Source: a virus (Duplodnaviria > Caudoviricetes). From it: DNA of 63,715 bases. The number at the start of each line of letters is the position of its first letter. Positions within the stretch are counted from its first letter, which is position 1. Made by a program: the position numbers and the translations under genes. The stretch covers positions 1-63,715 of the IMG/VR virus record IMGVR_UViG_3300036859_000316. One strand, given 5' to 3'. Below the pieces are notes generated by a model. The model saw only the letters and a program-made list of their open reading frames with translations, was not told the DNA's origin and did no database searches. Positions 35,389 to 41,740 of the stretch are shown here, piece after piece.

Positions 35389-35461
35389 CAGTAGCCGACC
35401 TTCCGCAGCAGCCAGTCGACCAGCCGGTCCCACCATGAGCGGTGATCCTTTGGCTTCTCGG

Positions 35462-35662
35462 TCACGGCGTCCGCCCCCTCGCGTCCTCCCACTCGGGGCC
35501 GCGGGGCGGGGTGCCGGTGGGCTCGTCGGGCTCTTCGATGACGTCGTCCTCACAAGGGATCCGAAGCGGCGAGCCGCACACCTTGCACCGTTCGAGCGCC
35601 TCGACGCCGTATTTCATTTCCCCGTAGAGCTCGCAGTCGGGGTTGCCGCAGTCTCCATACAT
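35462..35662 (-). CDS. Small Zn-ribbon protein
   Basis: CGNPDC...CKVCG; TGATG overlap. Confidence 0.6.
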   Translation of the reverse strand: MYGDCGNPDCELYGEMKYGVEALERCKVCGSPLRIPCEDDVIEEPDEPTGTPPRGPEWEDARGRTP

Positions 35663-36165
35663 CAGTCGATCGCCTCCGCGATCTTCTCGACCTCGCTCTC
35701 GGAGATTCGGATCGACAGGTCGCCGGCGCGGGGACCGATCCGCGCTTCGTCGGGGTCGATCTTGTAGTGCGAGGCGAGATCGTTGACGATCGCCTCGCCG
35801 ACGCGCTCGGCTCGGTTGTTGCGCTCTTCGAGATCGAGCTCGGCCGCGCGGTGTTCCTCGATCTCCCGCGCGATCTCCGACCAGGGGCCGAGCACGAAGC
35901 GCGACTCGATCACCCGGCGATCGCCGACCTCGACCTTCGTCCCGCGCCAGCCTCGGTCGTCATACGCTTCGAGCGCCTCGACTTCGACCGCTCGCACCGG
36001 GCGCTTCGTCCGGTAGCTGCTGCCGCCCCGGCGCAACGCCGTCGCCTTCGTCGAGACGACACGCACCCTGCGGATTCTCGCGATCCGATCGCGAGGCCGT
36101 GAGGGTATGTAGTTGCCGAGCACCGCGCCGTACTCGGCGCCCTCGGTGATCTCGGTGATTCTCAT
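35662..36165 (-). CDS. Hypothetical protein
   Basis: Shine-Dalgarno, ATGA overlap. Confidence 0.7.
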   Translation of the reverse strand: MRITEITEGAEYGAVLGNYIPSRPRDRIARIRRVRVVSTKATALRRGGSSYRTKRPVRAVEVEALEAYDDRGWRGTKVEVGDRRVIESRFVLGPWSEIAREIEEHRAAELDLEERNNRAERVGEAIVNDLASHYKIDPDEARIGPRAGDLSIRISESEVEKIAEAID

Positions 36166-36383
36166 CGGCTCCCCCTCGTTAGCTCGATCGCCGCCGCTTC
36201 GGCGAGGGTCTTTGTCTCAAGGTGGGACAGAAGCCGCCAGCCGCCGACCGGCAGCACGACGCGGGCCTCGATCCGGGCCCCGCGCCGGCGAGCGTCGGCG
36301 ACGCGGCGGGCGGCCTCGACCAGCGGCAGGCCGGTGCCCTGCTGGGTCTGCCCGTCGACGATCACGGTGTAGTTCATTCGCAC
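36162..36383 (-). CDS. Hypothetical protein
   Basis: Overlaps neighbours. Confidence 0.55.
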   Translation of the reverse strand: MRMNYTVIVDGQTQQGTGLPLVEAARRVADARRRGARIEARVVLPVGGWRLLSHLETKTLAEAAAIELTRGSR

Positions 36384-36625
36384 GCCTCGCAGTAGCGCCA
36401 GTCAAGATGATGGAGCGGCCACCCTTGGTCGTCATACTCATCGCGGACCAGTTCGTTTCGGTAGACGGCGCTGTCGGCCTTGCCGCGAGCGTTACCCGTC
36501 GAGATGTCGAGCGCCTCGGCGATCTCGGACACGCTCATGACGCCGCGCTCGCGGACCAGCTCAATCACCTGCTCGACCGTGGCGCGGGTGTGCAGCTTGC
36601 GGCCTCTGGCGTAGGTCTCTCTCAT
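36374..36625 (-). CDS. Winged-HTH protein
   Basis: VIELVRERGVMSVSEIAEALDIS. Confidence 0.7.
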   Translation of the reverse strand: MRETYARGRKLHTRATVEQVIELVRERGVMSVSEIAEALDISTGNARGKADSAVYRNELVRDEYDDQGWPLHHLDWRYCEACE

Positions 36626-36834
36626 GGTCCGCCTCGGTTATCGCCGAGCTCGTCGGGACGAATCCCGAGAACGTCGGCGATCTGCTTGCGGCGCTCGTCG
36701 GTCAGCCGGCGGTTGCCGGCGCGCCATAGCGAGACCATCTGCTTCGAGACGCCGACCTGCTCGGCAAGCCACCAGTTGCCACGGCCCTGCTCGCGCATGA
36801 TCCGGTCGAGCTCGGTGCGGGGTGTAGGAGTCAC
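36622..36834 (-). CDS. XRE/Cro-like HTH regulator
   Basis: WLAEQVGVSKQMVSLWRAGNRR....IADVLG. Confidence 0.88.
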   Translation of the reverse strand: MTPTPRTELDRIMREQGRGNWWLAEQVGVSKQMVSLWRAGNRRLTDERRKQIADVLGIRPDELGDNRGGP

Positions 36835-37061
36835 GCCTCGCGCAAGGTGACGCGGGACGCGCCCTCAAGCTCGGTCGTGTATTCCGAGCCATCGGATCGC
36901 TCGACGCGGATCTTGACCATGTTCCCGTCGAAGAGCTCAACCTGCTCAACGGTATGGATCAGGTCGTCGTGCGAGTCGATCTCGTCGCCGACCATAAGCT
37001 CCTCGGCGAACACTTGCGTCTGATTCATGGTGGCCCCTTCCGGGCTAGTGGGTTGACTCAC
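36831..37061 (-). CDS. Hypothetical protein, first gene of the early operon
   Basis: GTG 7 nt after TATACT (alternative ATG at 37028). Confidence 0.65.
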   Translation of the reverse strand: MSQPTSPEGATMNQTQVFAEELMVGDEIDSHDDLIHTVEQVELFDGNMVKIRVERSDGSEYTTELEGASRVTLREA

Positions 37062-37099
37062 GACTACAAGTATAGGGAACCGGGGCGCCGCGTGTAGTC
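37052..37099 (-). promoter_or_regulatory. Early promoter: TATACT -10 bracketed by a GACTACA/TGTAGTC inverted repeat
   Basis: TATACT 37069-37074; arms at 37062-37068 and 37093-37099; GTGAGTCAAC at the start. Confidence 0.6.
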
Positions 37100-37104
37100 C
37101 GGTG

Positions 37105-37404
37105 TCAACCGGGGCGGTGCGGTGAAGGGGTGCGGCCGGTTGCTTGGCGGACCCCCTCCCAGAAACGCTCGGAGCGATCCGGCCAGTCGGCGGGGACGGT
37201 GATCGTCAGCTCGGGCCCGATCACGGTTCTCAGGCGGCCGTCACGTAGCCGCCGACAGCCCGCAGGAAGCGTTGACAACGGTTTCGCCTGCTCGCGTTGA
37301 GCCCAGGCCGCATGGCGGCACTTGGCGTTGCAGAAGAGCTTGTTGCGCCGCTCCCCTTCGAGGCTTGCGCCGCAGTATCCACACGTCCGGTCGGGTTGAT
37401 CCAC
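37105..37404 (-). CDS. Zn-finger hypothetical protein
   Basis: CGYCG...FCNAKCR. Confidence 0.65.
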   Translation of the reverse strand: MDQPDRTCGYCGASLEGERRNKLFCNAKCRHAAWAQREQAKPLSTLPAGCRRLRDGRLRTVIGPELTITVPADWPDRSERFWEGVRQATGRTPSPHRPG

Positions 37405-37436
37405 CGGCGCTCACCGTACGGGGCGCTGCGGACGGC

Positions 37437-37568
37437 TCAGACGTTGCGGCGCTTCGGGTGCAGCCCGCGCAGCGGGGTCAGCGGGGCCTTCTTCTGCGTT
37501 CGCCCCTTATGGCGCGGCGTGCCCGGGTGGGCGCGCTTCTTCGCGTTGCGGTTGCGCCGAGGCGACAC
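37437..37568 (-). CDS. Very basic 43-aa peptide
   Basis: MSPRRNRNAKKRAHPGTPRHKGRTQKKAPLTPLRGLHPKRRNV; TAGTGT 7 nt upstream; below the ORF-track cutoff. Confidence 0.6.
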   Translation of the reverse strand: MSPRRNRNAKKRAHPGTPRHKGRTQKKAPLTPLRGLHPKRRNV

Positions 37569-37600
37569 TGCTCGGACACTAGCCTCAGCCGCCGACGGCG

Positions 37601-38188
37601 TCAGCAGGGGTCAGCAGCGGTCCATGCGTCGTTGCCCTGAGCCGCGCAGATCCGCTGCATGGCTGCGGTCTGTACGTCCATCGGCGCTTGATCGGCCGAG
37701 GCGTAGTTCGGATCGCCGTATGCCTCCCAGGTCGACGGGACGATCTGGAAGCAGCCGGCCGCCCCCGAGCTCGCGTTCACGGCAGTCGGCAACGAGCTCT
37801 CGCCAGCCATCGACGCGGGGCAGCCGCCCGAGCTCGGCGGTACGCTCGTCGGTGTCGGCGCCGGCGCGACAAATCCAGAGCCGGACGAGGCAACCGGCGC
37901 CGACTCAACGACCGGGTGTAGTTGCGCGTCGAGGTAGTCGCGCCACTGGCAGGGATGCGGCTCGGGGATCACCTTGCCGCTCTTGAGTAGCTTGCCGTCT
38001 TCGATCCGGTTGCGCCCGAGGTCGAGGCCACGGTGCATCCCGTGGACGTACAGGCGGATCGCCTGCTCGTCGCAGATCGAATAGCCGTTGTTCTTCTGGC
38101 CGACTTCAGGTGTAGCCAGGGCGCTTACGGGTATGGCTAGAATCGCGCAGGCTGCCGTGCAAAGCAGCGCGATTGGGGTCCGTCTCAT
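37601..38188 (-). CDS. Secreted Rpf-like transglycosylase
   Basis: Signal peptide; ESS...GAAGCFQIVPSTWEAYG...ASADQAP..VQ...AQGNDAW. Confidence 0.85.
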   Translation of the reverse strand: MRRTPIALLCTAACAILAIPVSALATPEVGQKNNGYSICDEQAIRLYVHGMHRGLDLGRNRIEDGKLLKSGKVIPEPHPCQWRDYLDAQLHPVVESAPVASSGSGFVAPAPTPTSVPPSSGGCPASMAGESSLPTAVNASSGAAGCFQIVPSTWEAYGDPNYASADQAPMDVQTAAMQRICAAQGNDAWTAADPC

Positions 38189-38298
38189 GAGAGGCGGGCT
38201 CCTTTCGGTTGGGGGTGCTGCGGCGGTGATCGTCCTGTGCCGCAGCTCAGCGTCTGAGGGGTTTCCCTTTCGTCGCTATCGGACGGCGGGAAAGGCTA
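38189..38298 (-). promoter_or_regulatory. Promoter plus structured 5' leader of the Rpf-like gene
   Basis: TAGCCT at 38293-38298, three hairpins, AAAGGAG Shine-Dalgarno. Confidence 0.5.
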
Positions 38299-38312
38299 CA
38301 CGACCCAGCGGT

Positions 38313-38780
38313 TCACTGCCCGATTGGCTTGGCGGCGTACTGCGAGTAATGGTCCCGCACGCCGGGGAGCACCCTCAGCGCCAGCCCCCCGGTCCCCCAA
38401 TCGGAGCGCTCGACGGCGCGCAGCGTCCTCGCCGGGTGGTGGTTGCGACGCAGGTGCCGGCGAATGGCGCGGTAGCCATGACCGTCGAAGAGCAGCGTCT
38501 TCGCCGTCGCCTCGATCCCCTGCGCGAGCGAGACGTAGTTGCGGACCCCCACCGAGTTGAAGGCCGTTGCGCCCGGCATCGGTTGGGTGGTATTCAGAGG
38601 GTTGAACCGGGCCTGCTCCGGGTCGAAGGAATCATCGAGGCTCGGCCCACCCTCGGCCGTGATCCACGAGACCAGGGCGACGCGATTGTGCCGGGTGACC
38701 GGGTAGTCGAGGAAGCGCAGCAGCCCTTCGAGGAAGTCGCCGCGGGTGACGACGTCGCGGACGACCACTTCGGGCATCAC
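38313..38780 (-). CDS. Putative cell-wall hydrolase (lysozyme-like fold)
   Basis: W..AEGG, FNPLNTTQ, NSVGVRNY.S...G..AT..TL...Y.AI; lies in the lysis module. Confidence 0.6.
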   Translation of the reverse strand: MMPEVVVRDVVTRGDFLEGLLRFLDYPVTRHNRVALVSWITAEGGPSLDDSFDPEQARFNPLNTTQPMPGATAFNSVGVRNYVSLAQGIEATAKTLLFDGHGYRAIRRHLRRNHHPARTLRAVERSDWGTGGLALRVLPGVRDHYSQYAAKPIGQ

Positions 38781-39163
38781 TCCAGCCGCTCGGCTTCAGC
38801 GGCCTTCCCCTTCTCGCCGTCGAGATCGTCGATATCCGGCACCGCGTCGTCGGGGTGAATGTCGCTGCTCGCGGGATGGTCGAGCGGATCCCCGCCGAGA
38901 CGGACGCCGGGCGCCCGGGTGACGAACTCGTGCTTCTGCCACCCATCCAGCCACTTGTAGGCGGTGGTTCCTGCCGTCAGTGCGCCAGCGACGAAGATCC
39001 CCGTGAGCCAGCCCGGGTCGATCGGCGGCAGGCCCGGGAAGTGAACGGCGACCCAGGTCGCGATGAAGCCCGCGGCCGGGACGAAGACGATCGGGGTCAG
39101 CGCCGCGACGACGCGGTTGACGGGCCACGCCTCGCGAAGCCGGGCCCAGAGGTAGGTCAGCAT
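38777..39163 (-). CDS. Holin-like membrane protein
   Basis: Two hydrophobic helices and a charged C-terminus; follows the endolysin. Confidence 0.7.
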   Translation of the reverse strand: MLTYLWARLREAWPVNRVVAALTPIVFVPAAGFIATWVAVHFPGLPPIDPGWLTGIFVAGALTAGTTAYKWLDGWQKHEFVTRAPGVRLGGDPLDHPASSDIHPDDAVPDIDDLDGEKGKAAEAERLE

Positions 39164-39178
39164 GTGATTCTCCTTTGT

Positions 39179-40090
39179 TTAGTAGGCATACGCTGCGGCG
39201 TGGCGCAGCACCTTGAAGCGCGCCCGCCGGTGGTGATCCTTCCAGCCATGTTGCCGGGAGACCTTGACGATCGAGTGGGCGCGCTTGGCGCACTCCCGCC
39301 GCAGTCGGCGCCGCCTCACCTGCTCGCGCTTCGTCGCGCGCCGGTGGTCGCGGTCGATCCGCGCGCTGGTCAGCCGCAGGTGGTTGAGCCAGGAGCGCTC
39401 GTCATTCAGGAAGTGATCCTTGAGCCGGATGCGCGCCCAGGTGTGCTTGCCGATCACGCCGTCGGGCTTCAGCCCGTGGACGAGCTGGAACTGCCACACC
39501 GCCGCGAAGGTCTGCCCCCCAAAGTGGCCGTCGACCTTCGGCCGAGCGATGCCGACGTTCCAGCGCCGCAGGTGCCGCTGGGCCCGGCGTACCGCCCCGC
39601 GCTTCGAGGACCCGCGCCGAAGCGTCGGGTAGCGATCAGGCGGGGCGCCGCCGCCGTGACCGTCAGGGCCGGGGTCCTTGCCATGCCAGTTGGCGCACCA
39701 TTTGCGGTGCCACGACTCCCACGGGGCGTCGGAGCAGGGCCCCCAACCGAACGGTCCCCCGTAGGCGCGCATCTGCGCTTGGGTGTAGGGCGGCACGTCG
39801 CCCGCGAGGCCCCAGCCATGATTCGAGAAACCGGGGGTGGCGGCGTTCGCGCAGTTGCCCTGGCCGCACCAGTAGTTGCGCCAATACACCTGGCGCTCGT
39901 AGCTGCGGTAAGCGGAATCCCCGCCGTTGAAGGTGGGGTTGGCACCGTGCTTGCGGCACTCGACCGCGAAGGCGTTCCAGGCGGCCGCGGCTGGGTTAGC
40001 CAGCATCCCTGAGCCGGTGAAACCGCCGCTGGTGATCCCGCCCGCGACGGGGGCCAGTTCGCCGAGGCTAAGGCGGCCGTTGGCGCTCAC
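39179..40090 (-). CDS. Endolysin: M15 (VanY-like) peptidase plus peptidoglycan-binding domain
   Basis: SAYRSYERQ, PGFSNHGWGLAGD, ESWH; VDGHFG..T..AV..FQ..HGL.PDGVIG..TW. Confidence 0.9.
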   Translation of the reverse strand: MSANGRLSLGELAPVAGGITSGGFTGSGMLANPAAAAWNAFAVECRKHGANPTFNGGDSAYRSYERQVYWRNYWCGQGNCANAATPGFSNHGWGLAGDVPPYTQAQMRAYGGPFGWGPCSDAPWESWHRKWCANWHGKDPGPDGHGGGAPPDRYPTLRRGSSKRGAVRRAQRHLRRWNVGIARPKVDGHFGGQTFAAVWQFQLVHGLKPDGVIGKHTWARIRLKDHFLNDERSWLNHLRLTSARIDRDHRRATKREQVRRRRLRRECAKRAHSIVKVSRQHGWKDHHRRARFKVLRHAAAYAY

Positions 40091-40100
40091 GCCACTGAGG

Positions 40101-40763
40101 CTACTCGCACAGCACCGGGACGCGCTCGCAGACGAGATCGGGAATCGGCAACGGACGGGGGCCCGGTGGTCCCGGCGGTCCTGGCGGTCCTGGTGGCCCG
40201 GGTGGTCCTGGGCCGGGCCTCGGGGGCGGTGGTGGCGCCGGTCCTGGGCCGGGCGAGGGTGGGGGCCCGCCCGACGGCGGGCCGGGCGGCTGACCGGGGG
40301 TTGACCCGGACTGCCGACCACCTCCCGCCTCTTTGATCGTTTGCACCTGCGCCTCGATCTTCGCCGTCGTCACCGATCCCAGGCCCCGGCAGTCGAGGTC
40401 GCGAAGCGCTTCGAGGAACGCGAGCAGCTTCGCGAGCTGCTGCTCGAAGACCTTCTGGGGGATCTCCGGGCGCTTCACCACCGGGGTCTCAATCAGCAAG
40501 CCTCCGATCCGGCAGCCCAGTTCGCGGGTGTTGGCGATCGCGACGCGGCTTCGGGCGATCGCCTCGCGGTTTGCGGTGATCGCCTCCCGGTCGTTTTTGG
40601 CTCGCTCCGACGATTCGTGGATCGTCAAGTAGAACAGGAGGCCGGTCGCAACGGCGAGCAGGCCCAGGGCAAAGAGGTTGAAGGTCTGTCGGTGGAAGAG
40701 GCGGGTTGTGATCTTCGCCGACTCCTCAAGCGCGTCCGCTTTCTTCTCGAACTCGTCAGCCAC
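40101..40763 (-). CDS. Membrane protein with coiled coil and collagen-like Pro/Gly tail
   Basis: One TM helix; (GPP)n run near the C-terminus. Confidence 0.75.
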   Translation of the reverse strand: MADEFEKKADALEESAKITTRLFHRQTFNLFALGLLAVATGLLFYLTIHESSERAKNDREAITANREAIARSRVAIANTRELGCRIGGLLIETPVVKRPEIPQKVFEQQLAKLLAFLEALRDLDCRGLGSVTTAKIEAQVQTIKEAGGGRQSGSTPGQPPGPPSGGPPPSPGPGPAPPPPPRPGPGPPGPPGPPGPPGPPGPRPLPIPDLVCERVPVLCE

Positions 40764-41073
40764 TCGGCGCCTCCCCGTTCGCGATCGCCTCCAACTCCGC
40801 TACGCGGGCCAGGGCGCGGGTGAGCGCCTCGGTGACCACGCTCAGCTTCTCGGCTTCTGCGAGCGCCTTGCGCTGAAGCTCATCCCTCACGGCGGCGCAG
40901 TCCTTGTGCGCCAACCGCAGCTCGCCGTTCAGCTCGCGCATCCCGCTGACGATCGCGCCCTGCTGCGCAACGAGCGCCCCGGCGTCCTCGCGCTGATAGC
41001 GCGACGCGGCGATCAGGACCCCGATGATCCCTCCGATGGCCGTAATGATCGCCGCTATCTCTAGCCCGCTCAC
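40756..41073 (-). CDS. Membrane protein with coiled coil (lysis module)
   Basis: N-terminal TM helix; TAGAGT 6 nt upstream. Confidence 0.7.
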   Translation of the reverse strand: MSGLEIAAIITAIGGIIGVLIAASRYQREDAGALVAQQGAIVSGMRELNGELRLAHKDCAAVRDELQRKALAEAEKLSVVTEALTRALARVAELEAIANGEAPSG

Positions 41074-41124
41074 GCTTCGACTCTACCGAGCCGCCTTGTC
41101 GACGCGCTACCCTTCCGCCCCGGT

Positions 41125-41439
41125 GTGAACGCCTCCGAGCAGGTCCGCATCGTCCTCACCGAATCCAAGCGCAAGGGGACGCCGTTCGAGCAGGCTTGGT
41201 ACTCAGCCCTCCGCTCCCTGGTTCCGCCGACGGACTGCGCCGAGTCGGTGCGCGCCGAGCACGACGAGCTCAAAGCGATCTTCCGCGAGTCGAAGGCATA
41301 CTGGCGATCGGCCTACGAAGGGCGCTCGCCGACGCAGGCCGAGCTCGAAGACGGGATGCGCCACGCTCACCGGCGACTTCGCGACCTGCTGCTCTCGGAG
41401 GAAGAGACCGCCGCCGAGCGGGCCGCTAGGCCCGGATGA
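41125..41439 (+). CDS. Hypothetical protein, the only credible plus-strand gene
   Basis: Fills the gap between tail and lysis modules; GC-rich third positions. Confidence 0.7.
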   Translation: MNASEQVRIVLTESKRKGTPFEQAWYSALRSLVPPTDCAESVRAEHDELKAIFRESKAYWRSAYEGRSPTQAELEDGMRHAHRRLRDLLLSEEETAAERAARPG

Positions 41440-41740
41440 CGTAGCGGAAGTTGGTCGGGGCGAAGTTGGTCAGGGTCGGGAGCTTGAAAGTCGTCGACCC
41501 GTCACCCGCCCCGAAGGTAATCCCGTAGATGGTGAACAGCTCGGGGTAGTCCAGCCGACCGACATTCTGACCGTTGGCTTCGAGGTAGCCCTCGGGCAGC
41601 GTGATCGCCGTCGGCCACAGAAGCGCAGTGCCGGTCGCGACGTCGACCGCGCCCAGGCTCGTCACGGCGAGAGAGCGCTGCCCCACGCCCAGCCGACGGA
41701 GTAACTTCAGAACCTCGGGGCGTCGTGGGACGGGCGCCAT
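41426..41740 (-). CDS. Tail collar domain protein
   Basis: PEGYLEANGQNV.R.DYPELF...G.TFGAGDGSTTFKLP. Confidence 0.85.
   Translation of the reverse strand: MAPVPRRPEVLKLLRRLGVGQRSLAVTSLGAVDVATGTALLWPTAITLPEGYLEANGQNVGRLDYPELFTIYGITFGAGDGSTTFKLPTLTNFAPTNFRYVIRA

Noticed and set aside
38189-38298. c-di-AMP (ydaO) or c-di-GMP riboswitch
   Set aside because: Consensus elements not recognisable; kept only as an unknown structured leader
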